From assembly GCA_965206315.1 (NCBI GenBank), contig OZ242210.1, positions 1,474,822 through 1,538,821 on the forward strand: a DNA stretch of 64,000 bases, read 5' to 3'. A model generated the notes under the pieces. The model worked only from the letters and a program-made list of their open reading frames with translations, was not told where the DNA came from and searched no databases. Source of the stretch: Dehalococcoidia bacterium. GTDB lineage: Bacteria > Chloroflexota > Dehalococcoidia > Lucifugimonadales > Australimonadaceae. Positions within the stretch are counted from its first letter, which is position 1; the number at the start of each line of letters is the position of its first letter. The position numbers and the translations under genes were made by a program. Of the stretch, positions 29,474 to 39,538 are shown in pieces.

Positions 29474-30124
29474 TTACACCCCTATCTCTCCGTTCGTGTT
29501 CGGGTTCAGGTAGTACGTCATCGACTGCAGCGAGACGACGGGGTCGACGTTCTGTATCCGCACTCCGTTCGGGACGATGGCGGACTTCGGCGCATAGTTG
29601 AGGATGGCCTTTACATCTGCCCCCACGAGCTGGTCTATCACGTCCTGCGCGACGCCCGCGGGCACTGCTACGATGGCGATCTTCACGCCCTCGGCGGCGG
29701 CCACCTCTCGGAAGTTGGCGAAGTCGTGCACGAGCAAACCCCCGGCCGGCTGTCCGATGATCTGGGGGTTGGAGTCGAACGCGCAGACGACGCGGAAACC
29801 CTCCGGCTCGAAGCCCGGATAGCTGATGATCGACCTGCCGAGCCGCCCGACGCCCACGACGGCGACGTTCCACGTCTGGTCGAGGCCGAGGATGTGCCGC
29901 AGCTGCTGCAGCAGATTGGGGATGCTGTAGCCGCGTCCCTGCTTGCCGAAGCGTCCGAAGTAGCTGAGGTCCTTGCGTATCTGCGCGGGCGTCGCCTGCA
30001 GGAATTCGCCCAGCTGCTGCGAGCTGATGACTTCCAGCCCTATCTCCTGGAGGTGGGAGAGCGCCCGGAGGTACTGGGGAAGGCGCTCGACGACCACCCC
30101 GGGTACCTGGGGTTCGGTGGTCAT
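29474..30124 (-). CDS. rex: redox-sensing transcriptional repressor Rex
   Basis: RLPQYLRALSHL winged helix, then a Rossmann fold VAVVGVGRLGRSI. Convergent with atpC, with a 10-nt gap. Confidence 0.93.
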   Translation of the reverse strand: MTTEPQVPGVVVERLPQYLRALSHLQEIGLEVISSQQLGEFLQATPAQIRKDLSYFGRFGKQGRGYSIPNLLQQLRHILGLDQTWNVAVVGVGRLGRSIISYPGFEPEGFRVVCAFDSNPQIIGQPAGGLLVHDFANFREVAAAEGVKIAIVAVPAGVAQDVIDQLVGADVKAILNYAPKSAIVPNGVRIQNVDPVVSLQSMTYYLNPNTNGEIGV

Positions 30125-30142
30125 GTGGCTCCGTCTCCTCGA

Positions 30143-30182
30143 TTGTGAAACGTTTGTGAAACGATAGTAACGACGTTCACAA
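30143..30182. promoter_or_regulatory. cluster of Rex half-sites upstream of rex (TTGTGAA x2, TTCACAA x1)
   Basis: TTGTGAA at 30143-30149 and 30154-30160, and TTCACAA at 30176-30182. The spacing is non-canonical (15 nt between inverted halves). Confidence 0.35.
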
Positions 30183-30209
30183 ACGTCAAGCAGACGGGGG
30201 CGCGCTCCC

Positions 30210-31427
30210 CTAGAGCGTCAGCTCCAGGATGTAGAGCCCGCCCTTGAGCCGGTCCACGACGTACATGATGCCGCTCTCGTCCACGTAGACGTCGTTGATG
30301 CCGTTGGACGGCGCTCCCTCCGGCACGGGCGGCACGAAGTAAGCCACCTCCTCCGGGCGGAAGGGGTCGCTCGTGTCGAACACCCGCACGCCCGCGTTGA
30401 AGAATGTGCCGTAGATCAACGTGTCGGACTGCGAGCAGGTGGGGACGGGCTGGTTCTCGTGGATGTTGTGCGCGCCGAACCGTCCGCCCCGACTGGCGAA
30501 GTCGTTGACGTCCGGCATCGGGAAGGTGCTGATGATGACTGGATTGCTCTCCTCGCGTATGTCCATCATCCAGATCAGTTTGGGGTGGTCCTCGCCGTTA
30601 TCCTTCACCGCCTCATGGGTCACCACCATCAGGTCGCGGCTGAACAGGGGCAGCGCCGTGTGGCAGAAGCCCGGGAAGGGAGGCGCGACGTTGATGCTGC
30701 CGACCACCGAGGGGTTCGCCTTGTCGGCGATGTCGAGGATGAATACCCCGGAGTCGAGGTAGCAGCAGTAGGCCCGGTCCGGGCGCTGGGGGTAGACGTT
30801 GGCGTTGTGCAGCCGGTGGCCTGAGTCGATCAGGGGGTGCCGCCACATGGGAGGAGCGTCGTCTCCCTCGCGGGTGCCGGGCACCCACCAGCGCCCGGCC
30901 TCCGCAGGGTGCTCCGGGTCGCGCACGTCCACGATCATGTAGAACTGGTCGTCGAGCTGGTTGCGCGGTTGGAAATCGGCCGCGCCGGTGGAGAGGTGCG
31001 CGTACTCGCCGTCGACCCACCAGAGGCAGTGGCAGCCACGCGAGTAGGGGCCTCCGAGGTCGAGGAAGCCGATGCGGCGGGGCCCCTCGTCTGCGTTGCT
31101 GATGTCGTAGACGCCCATCCCCGTGCCCGGCTGTCCCGGCTGCACGGACTGGTAGGCCACGAGCATCACGTCGTCCACGATGGCCAGCGAGTTGGAGCGC
31201 AGGTGCGGGTAGGCATGCTCTGTTTGCATCACCAGCCTGGGGTTGGCGACGTCCGTGACGTCGACGCTGGTGATGTCCTTGGGGGCGCTCTCGTGGGCCA
31301 GGTAGAGGATTCGCCGGCCATCGGCGTTCACGTGGAGGTGGACGCCCTCGCCGATGTTGCCGAAGCCGTTGAGGTCGTGGTGGGAGATGAGCCGCATGTT
31401 GCGGATCTCCTGCGTCTGCGTCGCCAT
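30210..31427 (-). CDS. LVIVD-repeat beta-propeller protein (cytoplasmic, no signal peptide)
   Basis: Repeated motifs VYDISNADEGP, VFILDIADKANP, IWMMDIREESNP, VRVFDTSDPFRP and MYVVDRLKGGLYILEL. Start at the ATG at 31427, preceded by aaggagg. Confidence 0.75.
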   Translation of the reverse strand: MATQTQEIRNMRLISHHDLNGFGNIGEGVHLHVNADGRRILYLAHESAPKDITSVDVTDVANPRLVMQTEHAYPHLRSNSLAIVDDVMLVAYQSVQPGQPGTGMGVYDISNADEGPRRIGFLDLGGPYSRGCHCLWWVDGEYAHLSTGAADFQPRNQLDDQFYMIVDVRDPEHPAEAGRWWVPGTREGDDAPPMWRHPLIDSGHRLHNANVYPQRPDRAYCCYLDSGVFILDIADKANPSVVGSINVAPPFPGFCHTALPLFSRDLMVVTHEAVKDNGEDHPKLIWMMDIREESNPVIISTFPMPDVNDFASRGGRFGAHNIHENQPVPTCSQSDTLIYGTFFNAGVRVFDTSDPFRPEEVAYFVPPVPEGAPSNGINDVYVDESGIMYVVDRLKGGLYILELTL

Positions 31428-31564
31428 AGCGCCTCCTTGAGAGTCCACGTTTGCGTCTGTGGGCTGCAAGTTAGCAGCAAACCGCACGCGCGTCATCTGC
31501 CTCTGGCGCGCGTCATGACGCGTGCTATAGTGGCGTGCATCCTCCTCTCGTGAGGTGCAGCCCC

Positions 31565-31858
31565 TTGTACATCGGCTCCTGCCGCCTCACCTTCCGGTTG
31601 CACGGCAACGACTCGCTCAAGGGCAAGCGACAGGTCTCGCGCTCGCTCATCGAACGCTTCCGGCAGCGCTACCACCTCGCTGCCGCGGAGGTCGCCGCGA
31701 TGGACGAGCACCAGCGGCTCGTCATCGGCATCGCCTGCGTCAGCAACGAGTACTCCCACGCAGAAGAGATGCTCAACAAGGCCGTCGCCTTCGCCGACAA
31801 CCACAACTCCGAAGCCGAGCTCGTCAACGTCGAACGCGCCGTCACCGCCGAGGACTGA
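31565..31858 (+). CDS. DUF503 family protein
   Basis: (M)YIGSCRLTFRLHGNDSLKGKRQVSRSLIERFRQRY...IGIACVSN. TTG start with SD gaggtg 7 nt upstream. An extended -10 TGcTATAGT lies at 31523-31531. The ORF-track start at 31535 is probably too early. Confidence 0.75.
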   Translation: MYIGSCRLTFRLHGNDSLKGKRQVSRSLIERFRQRYHLAAAEVAAMDEHQRLVIGIACVSNEYSHAEEMLNKAVAFADNHNSEAELVNVERAVTAED

Positions 31859-31860
31859 CG

Positions 31861-34146
31861 ATGGACGCGGCGCGGTTCGTCGAACAGCTGCGTACCGGCA
31901 GTCTCGCCGGGGAGATCGAACACGTGCAGGAGATGACGGAGCGCGAGGCCGCGCACGGCGAACTCGCGCACGCGCTCGATCCGCTCCTCGAAGCGGCGCT
32001 CGCGGAGCGCGGCCTGCTGCCGCTGTACACGCACCAGGCGCGGGCCGTCGACGCCGCGCTGAACGGACGCGACGTGGCGCTCGCCACGCCCACGGCGAGC
32101 GGCAAGAGCCTCTGCTACCACGTGCCGGTCGCGCAGGCGATGCTGACGGACACCAACGCTCGCGCGCTCTACCTCTTCCCCACCAAGGCGCTCACGCAGG
32201 ACCAGCTGCGCGGCCTGAAGGGCCTGCTGCCGCCGAAACTGGCCGGCCGCGTCGCGATCTTCGACGGCGACACCCCCACCGGCGAGCGGAGCGCGGTGCG
32301 GCGCTCGGCGCAGGCCGTGTTCACGAACCCGGACATGCTCCACGTAGGGATGCTGCCGCACCACCGCACGTGGGCGCGGCTCTGGCAATCGCTGCGCTAC
32401 GTCGTGATCGACGAGATGCACGTCTACCGGGGCGTGTTCGGATCGCACGTCGCCAACGTGCTGCGGCGGCTGCGCAGGCTGTGTGCGCACTACGGCAGCG
32501 ACCCCGTCTTCATCCTCTGTTCCGCCACCATCGCCAACCCCGGCGAACTGGCGGAGCGTCTCACCGGCAAGCCCGTGGAAGCGATCGAGGAGGACGGCGC
32601 TCCCCACGGCGGCAAGCACTTCGTCTTCTGGAACCCGCCGGTGGACCCGGAGGGGATACGCATCCGCGCGGGCAGCACGTCGTCGGCGCTGCTGGAGATG
32701 CTCGTGAAGCGGGAGGCGCGGACGCTCGTGTTCGTGCGCACGCGGCGGCAGGCCGAGGTCGTCTGCCTCGACGTCCGCAGGCGGCTCGAGCGGAGCGACG
32801 CCGAACTCGCGGCCCGCGTGCGCCCGTACCGCGGCTCGTACCTGCCGGAAGAGCGGCGCGCGGTGGAGCAGGGGATGCTGAACGGCGACCTGATGGGCGT
32901 CGTCGCGACGAATGCGCTGGAGCTCGGCATCGACATCGGCGGGCTGGACACGACCGTCCTCACCGGCTACCCGGGGAGCGTCGCGAGCACCTGGCAGCAA
33001 GCCGGACGCAGCGGACGCACGCACGAGGGCGCATTGAGCATCCTCGTGGCCCGCGACGACCCCCTCGACCAGTACCTCATGCGCCACCCGGACTTCGTCT
33101 TCGGACGCTCGCACGAGCATGCGCGCATACGGCCGGACAACCCGTACGTGCTCGGCCCGCACCTGAAGGCTGCTGCCTACGAGCTGCCCCTGGCGCCGGA
33201 GGAGGGCGGACTGTTCGGCAACGGCTTCGAGCCGCAGGTGGCCGCGCTCGCCGATGAGGGCGCGTTGCAGGAGCGCAACGGACGCTGGTTCATCGCGCCG
33301 TCGGTCGAGTACCCCGCGGGCGAGGTCAACATACGCTCCACGTCGCACGTGGACTACGCGGTCGTCGAGGCGCGGTCGGGCCGCGTGATGGAGCACGTCG
33401 ACGAGTACTCCGCGTTCAGCCAGCTGCACCCCGGCGCGGTCTACCTCCACCTCGGCGAGACGTACGTCGTCGAGGACCTTGACCTCGAAGCGCACGTCGC
33501 CTGGCTCTCGCGCAGCGAGCCTGCCTACTACACCGACGTGCACGAGCTGACCGACATCCGCATCGCGGAGACGCGCGCGACGAAGATGCTGAACGGAGCC
33601 ACGGTCTGCTTCGGCGACGTGGAGGTGTCGCGACACGTGATCGGCTACCGGAAGCGTCCGCTCTACGACGGCTCGCGGCGGCGCGGCGACAGCCTGAGCG
33701 AGACGACGCTGCAACTGCCCGCGCGCGTCTTCTCCACCGCCGCCGTCTGGTTCGACCTGTCGCCGGAGGTGCACGACCGCGCTCGGAAGGAGCGCGCCGA
33801 TCTCCCCGGCGGGTTGCACGCGGTGGAGCACGCGGCCATCGGCGTGCTGCCGCTCTTCGCGCTCTGCGACCGGAACGACATCGGCGGCGTCTCCACGGCG
33901 CTGCACCCGGACACCGGCGAGCCGCAGGTGTTCATCTACGACGGCCACCCGGGCGGCGTCGGCATCGCGGAGCACGCCTACGCCGTCATCGAGGAGCTGC
34001 TGGAGGCGACGCTGGGAGCGGTCGCGGAGTGCTCGTGCTCGGACGGTTGTCCGTCGTGCATCCAGTCGCCGAAGTGCGGGAACAACAACTACCCGCTGGA
34101 CAAGCGAGTCGCGGCGGACCTGCTGCGCGGGCTGTTGGAGAGGTAG
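31861..34146 (+). CDS. DEAD/DEAH-box helicase with a C-terminal DUF1998 zinc module (MrfA/YprA-like)
   Basis: Motif I ATPTASGKSL, motif II VIDEMH, and C-terminal CSCSDGCPSCIQSPKCGNNN. Start at the ATG at 31861. The ORF-track N-terminal extension overlaps DUF503 in another frame. Confidence 0.88.
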   Translation: MDAARFVEQLRTGSLAGEIEHVQEMTEREAAHGELAHALDPLLEAALAERGLLPLYTHQARAVDAALNGRDVALATPTASGKSLCYHVPVAQAMLTDTNARALYLFPTKALTQDQLRGLKGLLPPKLAGRVAIFDGDTPTGERSAVRRSAQAVFTNPDMLHVGMLPHHRTWARLWQSLRYVVIDEMHVYRGVFGSHVANVLRRLRRLCAHYGSDPVFILCSATIANPGELAERLTGKPVEAIEEDGAPHGGKHFVFWNPPVDPEGIRIRAGSTSSALLEMLVKREARTLVFVRTRRQAEVVCLDVRRRLERSDAELAARVRPYRGSYLPEERRAVEQGMLNGDLMGVVATNALELGIDIGGLDTTVLTGYPGSVASTWQQAGRSGRTHEGALSILVARDDPLDQYLMRHPDFVFGRSHEHARIRPDNPYVLGPHLKAAAYELPLAPEEGGLFGNGFEPQVAALADEGALQERNGRWFIAPSVEYPAGEVNIRSTSHVDYAVVEARSGRVMEHVDEYSAFSQLHPGAVYLHLGETYVVEDLDLEAHVAWLSRSEPAYYTDVHELTDIRIAETRATKMLNGATVCFGDVEVSRHVIGYRKRPLYDGSRRRGDSLSETTLQLPARVFSTAAVWFDLSPEVHDRARKERADLPGGLHAVEHAAIGVLPLFALCDRNDIGGVSTALHPDTGEPQVFIYDGHPGGVGIAEHAYAVIEELLEATLGAVAECSCSDGCPSCIQSPKCGNNNYPLDKRVAADLLRGLLER

Positions 34147-34160
34147 GCGCGCGCAATATC

Positions 34161-35855
34161 ATGAGGTACGTGCACCGAGGCGCCCGTTTGTTCTCCGTTT
34201 CCCTCCTGCTGGCCGTTACGGCGCTGACGTCCGCCTGCTCCATGCGAACGCAGGACGAAGTCGTTGAGACTCCTCCGGCATCCGGCGAGATACCGCTGCG
34301 CATCCTTGCCCTCAACGACTACCACGGCCACATCGCCACGTCCTCCGACTCCTTCGGCGGCGTGGGGCGCGCCGATTACCTCGCCGCCAACATCGAGGCC
34401 GCACGGGCCGAGGTCGAGAACTCCGTCTTCGTCTCCGCCGGCGACCTCATCGGAGGGTCACCCCTCATCTCCGCGCTCTTCTACGACGAGCCGACCATCG
34501 AGGCGATGAACCTGATGGGGCTGGACTTCAACGGCGTGGGCAACCACGAGTTCGACGAGGGGCTCGCCGAACTCCGGCGGATGCAGCACGGCGGCCCCCA
34601 TCCCGTCGACGGCGACCTTGACGGCGACCCCTTCGGCGGCGCCGATTTCGAGTTCCTTGCGGCCAACGTCATCGAGGACGCCACCGGCGAGACCGTCTTC
34701 CCTCCCTACGCCGTCCGGCGCTACGAAGGCGTTAGCGTCGCGTTCATCGGCCTCACCCTCCTGGGCACTCCGTCGATCGTGTCGCAGTGGGCGGTGGAGG
34801 GCCTGACCTTCCTGGACGAGGCAGAGACGGTCAACGCCCTGGTCCCCGGCCTGCGAGCCGAGGGCGTCGAGGCCATCGTCGTCCTGCTGCACGAGGGCGG
34901 GCGCTCCGACGGCGGGCAGAACGACTGCGGCTCGGGGCTTACCGGCCGCCTCGCCGACGTCGCCGCGCGCATGGACGACGCGGTGGACGTCATCATCGCG
35001 GGCCAGGCCAATGACGAGTTCGTCTGCCAGGTGGACGGGAAGTGGGTCACCATGGCCGACAACCGGGGACGGCTGTTCACGGTCATCGACGCCGCCCTGG
35101 ACCGAGGCACGGGAGACCTCGCGGTGAAGGCCGCCGAGAACGTTCCCAACACCCAGGCCGGGGTCACGCCCGATCCAGCGCTCACGGCACTCATCGACCG
35201 GTACGATGGCCTCTCGGCGCCGCTTGCCAACGCCGTCGTCGGCTCCATCACCGCGGACGTCACCCGCTGGAGGAACGCCGCGGGCGAGTCCGCGCTCGGA
35301 GACGTCGTCGCCGATGCGCACCTGGCGTCGACGCGAGCCGCCGGGAGCGGCGGCGCCGTGGTGGCCTTCATGCACCCCGGCGGCATCCGCGAAGACCTCC
35401 TCTTCGACAGTGCCGGCCCGGAGTCCGACGGGGAGTTGACCTACGGCGAGGCGTTCTCGGTGCTGCCTTTCGGAAACAGCCTCGTCACCGTGTCGCTCAC
35501 GGGCGCCCAGATAGCGGCCCTGCTCGAGTCCCAGTTCCGCGGCTCCACGGACGACACCAGCGATGTCCTCCAGGTCTCGAGCGGGTTCAGCTACACCTGG
35601 GATGCGGCGCGTCCGGTGGGATCGAGGGTGGACATCTCTACCATTGCGATCGACGGCGTCCCGGTCGATCCCGAGGCGACGTACCGCGTCACCGCCAACA
35701 ACTTCCTGGCTGACGGAGGCGACGACTACGCCATACTGAAGCAAGGCACCGAGCGCACCGGCGGCGACGTTGACGTCGCCGCCCTGGTCGCCTACTTCGA
35801 AGCCGCCAGCCCGGTCGCCCCAGGCCCGCAGGACCGCATCACCCGTCTCAATTGA
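34161..35855 (+). CDS. secreted bifunctional metallophosphatase/5'-nucleotidase
   Basis: Signal peptide ending LTSAC (possible lipobox). Motifs ILALNDYHGH and GNHEFDEG, plus a C-terminal 5'-nucleotidase domain (NNFLADGGDDY). Confidence 0.88.
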   Translation: MRYVHRGARLFSVSLLLAVTALTSACSMRTQDEVVETPPASGEIPLRILALNDYHGHIATSSDSFGGVGRADYLAANIEAARAEVENSVFVSAGDLIGGSPLISALFYDEPTIEAMNLMGLDFNGVGNHEFDEGLAELRRMQHGGPHPVDGDLDGDPFGGADFEFLAANVIEDATGETVFPPYAVRRYEGVSVAFIGLTLLGTPSIVSQWAVEGLTFLDEAETVNALVPGLRAEGVEAIVVLLHEGGRSDGGQNDCGSGLTGRLADVAARMDDAVDVIIAGQANDEFVCQVDGKWVTMADNRGRLFTVIDAALDRGTGDLAVKAAENVPNTQAGVTPDPALTALIDRYDGLSAPLANAVVGSITADVTRWRNAAGESALGDVVADAHLASTRAAGSGGAVVAFMHPGGIREDLLFDSAGPESDGELTYGEAFSVLPFGNSLVTVSLTGAQIAALLESQFRGSTDDTSDVLQVSSGFSYTWDAARPVGSRVDISTIAIDGVPVDPEATYRVTANNFLADGGDDYAILKQGTERTGGDVDVAALVAYFEAASPVAPGPQDRITRLN

Positions 35856-35912
35856 CCGCTAAAGCGCGGCGGGGTGAGGGTTGTCCTGGGCCGTCCTGAT
35901 AGACTGCGGCCC

Positions 35913-37046
35913 ATGACGACCACCACCGGGAAAGCGGCCTACGTCTACGACGACGTGCTCTCCGGCCACGTGCTGCGCGAGGGCCACCCGATGCGTCCGG
36001 TGCGCCTGCGCCACACCTATGCGCTGCTGCGCGCCTACGGGGCGTTCGAAGACGAGCATGCGCTGCTCGTCCCGCCGCGCCCCGCGACGCTCGACGAGCT
36101 GACGACGTTCCACACTGAGGAGTACGTCGAGACCGTCCGACGCCTCAGCAGCGGCGAGGAGGCCGACGGCGACCGGCACGGCTTCTCCGCGCACGGCGAC
36201 AATCCCGTGTACGAGGGGATGTACGAGGCCGCGCTGCTCTCGACCGGCGCGTCGGTGGAGGCGGCCGAGCTCATTGCGGACGGCGATGCGTCGGCGGCGT
36301 TCGCTCCGGCGGGCGGACTGCACCACGCGATGCGCGGGTGGGCGTCCGGCTTCTGCATCTTCAACGACCCGGTCGTCGCCATCAACGTGCTGCGCAGGCG
36401 CGGCCTGCGCGTGGTGTACGTGGACGTCGACGCGCACCACGGCGACGGCGTGCAGGCCGCCTTCTACCGCGACACGGACGTGATGACGGTCTCCGTGCAC
36501 GAGAGCGGTCGCTGGCTCTTCCCCGGCACCGGCATGGTGGCCGAGATCGGAGCGGGCGAGGCTGCGGGCTACTCCGTGAACCTGCCGCTCTTCCCGTACA
36601 CGGGCGACGACGTCTACCAGGAGGCGTTCGAGCGCGTCGTGCCGCCGCTCATCGAGGCGTTCGCGCCGGACGTGCTCGCGGTGCAGATGGGCGCCGACGC
36701 CTACGTCACCGACCCGCTGACCCACCTCGCGCTCAGCACGCATGGCTACGAGTCCGTCGTGCGCCGCTTGGGCGCCATGGGCTACCCGATGCTCGCGTTC
36801 GGGGGCGGCGGCTACGACCTCGACGCGACGGCGCGCTGCTGGACGCTCGCCTACGGCTCGATGCTCGGGCGCGAGTGGCCGGACGAGCTGCCGTCCGGCT
36901 CGGACGCCTACCTGACGAGCCTGTACCTGCGTGACGCCGTGCTGCCCCAGATCGAACCGCAGTTGCACGAGAAGTCGCGCGAGTTCGCGCAGCAGCAGGT
37001 CGCGGAGATCGAGCGGCTCATCTTCCCCGTGCACGGGCTCGCGTAG
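35913..37046 (+). CDS. histone deacetylase family protein (AcuC-like)
   Basis: HPMRPVRLRHTY, GGLHHAMRGWASGFCIFND and DVDAHHGDGVQ. Confidence 0.88.
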   Translation: MTTTTGKAAYVYDDVLSGHVLREGHPMRPVRLRHTYALLRAYGAFEDEHALLVPPRPATLDELTTFHTEEYVETVRRLSSGEEADGDRHGFSAHGDNPVYEGMYEAALLSTGASVEAAELIADGDASAAFAPAGGLHHAMRGWASGFCIFNDPVVAINVLRRRGLRVVYVDVDAHHGDGVQAAFYRDTDVMTVSVHESGRWLFPGTGMVAEIGAGEAAGYSVNLPLFPYTGDDVYQEAFERVVPPLIEAFAPDVLAVQMGADAYVTDPLTHLALSTHGYESVVRRLGAMGYPMLAFGGGGYDLDATARCWTLAYGSMLGREWPDELPSGSDAYLTSLYLRDAVLPQIEPQLHEKSREFAQQQVAEIERLIFPVHGLA

Positions 37047-37058
37047 GAGGCAAAACGC

Positions 37059-38141
37059 ATGCGCATAGCGTCGTTCGAGACGATGGCAGTCCGCATCCCG
37101 CGCGAGCCGGGGCCGTCCGCGCCGCGCGAGGAGGCTGACTACGTGACACTCCGCCTGCGCACGGACGACGGCATCGAGGGCATCGCCTACGCAGGGTTCG
37201 CGTCGACGCTCGTGACGAAGGCACTCAAGGAGACGGTGGACGCGCTCGCGGCGGAGACGGTCGGCGCGGACCCGCACGCCGTTGAGGCGATCGGACGCAA
37301 CCTCGCCCGCAAGGCCGGCGGCGGGTCGCCTGCCGGGCTCGTGACGCGCGCCATCTCAGCGATAGACGTGGCGCTCTGGGACATCCGCGGCAAGGCGCTG
37401 GGGATGCCGGTCTGGAAGCTGCTGGGTGCGGCCTCCGGCTCGGTCCCCACCTACGCCAGCGGCTTCCTCTGGCGGCACTACGATCTCGAAGCGCTCGCCA
37501 CCACCGCCGCCGGCCTCGTCGGGCAGGGTTTCCGCGCGATGAAGTTCCGCATGGGGGCCGAGGCATCTGCGCAGGCGGAGCTGGCGCGGCTGCGCACGAT
37601 GCGCGAGGCTGCCGGTCCCGATGTCGATCTCATGGTCGACATCAACCAGGGGTGGGACGTGAACCGGGCCATCGCGGTGGGGCGGGGCATGGCCGAGTAC
37701 GGCCTCTTCTGGCTGGAGGACCCGGTGCACTTCCAGGACTACGCCGGGCTCGCGCGCATCGCCGACGCGCTGGACACTCCCATCGCCGGGGGCGAGTACC
37801 ACTACGGCGTCGAGCCGTTCCGCCACATGCTGGAAGCGCGCTCCATCGACATCGTCATGGTGGACCTGCTGCGCGTGGGCGGCATCACGCAGTGGATGAA
37901 GGCCGCGCACATGGCGGAGGCGTACAACCTGCCGGTGGTGACGCACCTGGCGCCGGAGATACTCGGTCACGCGCTCGCCGCCGCGCCGAACGGCCTCTAC
38001 GTCGAGCACATGCCGTGGGCGTTCGCGCTGTTCGAGGAGGTGCCGCAGCTCGACCCTTCGACCGGGCGTCTCGTAATGCCGGACGAGCCCGGCCTCGGAC
38101 TTCGGTTCGATGAGGCCAGAATCTCGGCCAGCACACTCTAG
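37059..38141 (+). CDS. enolase-superfamily enzyme (mandelate racemase/muconate lactonizing family)
   Basis: KFRMG...DLMVDINQGW...LEDPV..., the typical metal-ligand pattern. Substrate unknown. Confidence 0.8.
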   Translation: MRIASFETMAVRIPREPGPSAPREEADYVTLRLRTDDGIEGIAYAGFASTLVTKALKETVDALAAETVGADPHAVEAIGRNLARKAGGGSPAGLVTRAISAIDVALWDIRGKALGMPVWKLLGAASGSVPTYASGFLWRHYDLEALATTAAGLVGQGFRAMKFRMGAEASAQAELARLRTMREAAGPDVDLMVDINQGWDVNRAIAVGRGMAEYGLFWLEDPVHFQDYAGLARIADALDTPIAGGEYHYGVEPFRHMLEARSIDIVMVDLLRVGGITQWMKAAHMAEAYNLPVVTHLAPEILGHALAAAPNGLYVEHMPWAFALFEEVPQLDPSTGRLVMPDEPGLGLRFDEARISASTL

Positions 38142-38176
38142 GATGGCGCTGAGCGGCGCGGTACAATCGAGGTGAA

Positions 38177-38530
38177 ATGAAACCGGGCGACGTCATACCG
38201 AAACCGTGGGGCAGCGAGCACATCGTCGACCTGAACGCGGCGTATTGCATCAAGTACCTGCGCATCCGGCGCGGCCAGCGGCTGAGTGTGCAGTACCACG
38301 AACAGAAGCGCGAGACGATGCTGCTGGTGCGCGGTAACGCCCTCCTGCAGCTCACCGACGAACAGGACGCCAAGAAGGACATCGTCATGGAGTTCGGCGA
38401 GCCTTACATCGTCGAGCCCGGCATGGTGCACCGCATCGAGGGGATGTCCACGGAGCCGGCCGTCATCCTCGAGGTGAGCACGCCCGAGCTGGAAGACGTC
38501 GTGCGGCTGCAGGACGACTACGGGCGCTAG
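38177..38530 (+). CDS. cupin domain protein (type II phosphomannose-isomerase-like)
   Basis: KPWGSEHI......K.L.I..GQRLSVQYHEQKRET....G. Confidence 0.75.
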   Translation: MKPGDVIPKPWGSEHIVDLNAAYCIKYLRIRRGQRLSVQYHEQKRETMLLVRGNALLQLTDEQDAKKDIVMEFGEPYIVEPGMVHRIEGMSTEPAVILEVSTPELEDVVRLQDDYGR

Positions 38531-38538
38531 CCTGCGCC

Positions 38539-39087
38539 ATGCGCCTCGAGACGCCCCGCCTCGTCCTCCGTGAGTACACGGAGGACGATTCCGTTGCAGT
38601 CCTCGCCTATCAGAACGACGCACGCTACCTCCGCTACTACCCGTGGGACGAGCGCACGCTCGACGATGCGCGGCGGTTCGTCCAGCGGTTCATCGACTGG
38701 CAGTCCGAGTCTCCGCGACGCCGCTTCCAACTCGCCGTTCTGCTGCGCAAGAACGGCGCGCTCATCGGCAGCTGCGGCGTGCGCCGCAAGCCTGACGACG
38801 ATACCGAGGCAGATATCGGCTTCGAGCTGTCGCCCGAGCACTGGGGCCGGGGCTACGCGACCGAGGCGGCGACCGCGATGGCGGAGTTCGCGTTCCGCGA
38901 GCTGGGGGTGCGCCGTCTCTCGTCGTGGTGCATCGCTGAGAACATCGCCTCCGCTTGCGTACTGGAGAAACTCGGGATGTCGCTCGAGGACAGGCTGCCC
39001 GCCGCCGAGCGCTTCAAGGGCCGCGACTGGGACACGCTCCTCTTCGGCATGACCCGCGAGCGCTGGGAGAGCGCCGCAGTCAGGTAG
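38539..39087 (+). CDS. GNAT family N-acetyltransferase (RimJ/RimL-like)
   Basis: LETPRLVLREYTEDD ... GFELSPEHWGRGYATEA. Confidence 0.85.
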   Translation: MRLETPRLVLREYTEDDSVAVLAYQNDARYLRYYPWDERTLDDARRFVQRFIDWQSESPRRRFQLAVLLRKNGALIGSCGVRRKPDDDTEADIGFELSPEHWGRGYATEAATAMAEFAFRELGVRRLSSWCIAENIASACVLEKLGMSLEDRLPAAERFKGRDWDTLLFGMTRERWESAAVR

Positions 39088-39137
39088 AATGGTTGTTCCA
39101 CAGCCCTTCTAAAGTTGCCGCGGAAAGGATCGCGAGC

Positions 39138-39530
39138 ATGGACCAACTCAGCTACTACCAGGCCAAACTGGCGTATGAGACGGACTCAGCGGACCTGTAC
39201 GCGGCCATCCAGAACGGCGAGGCCATCGTCGTGGTCGACGGACGCGCTGCGGCTGCCTACGCTCACGAGCACATTCCGGACGCGATAAGCCTTCCGCACC
39301 GGGAGATCAGCGCCGAGACGACCGCTTCGTGGGACAGGTCGAAGACCTACGTCTGCTACTGCGACGGCATCGGGTGCAACGCGTCGACGCAGACCGCGAT
39401 GAAGCTGCTGCAGCTGGGGTTCCAGGTGCGCGAGCTCATCGGAGGGCTGGACTGGTGGAAGCGGGACGGCTACCCGACCCACGGGTCCGAAGCGGGCGTC
39501 GCCGCGGGCATACGGTGCGGCTGCAACTGA
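39138..39530 (+). CDS. rhodanese-like domain protein
   Basis: VVVDGR....Y...HIPDAISLP ... VCYCDGIGCNASTQTAMKL (active-site Cys loop). Confidence 0.8.
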   Translation: MDQLSYYQAKLAYETDSADLYAAIQNGEAIVVVDGRAAAAYAHEHIPDAISLPHREISAETTASWDRSKTYVCYCDGIGCNASTQTAMKLLQLGFQVRELIGGLDWWKRDGYPTHGSEAGVAAGIRCGCN

Positions 39531-39538
39531 GCTGCCGA

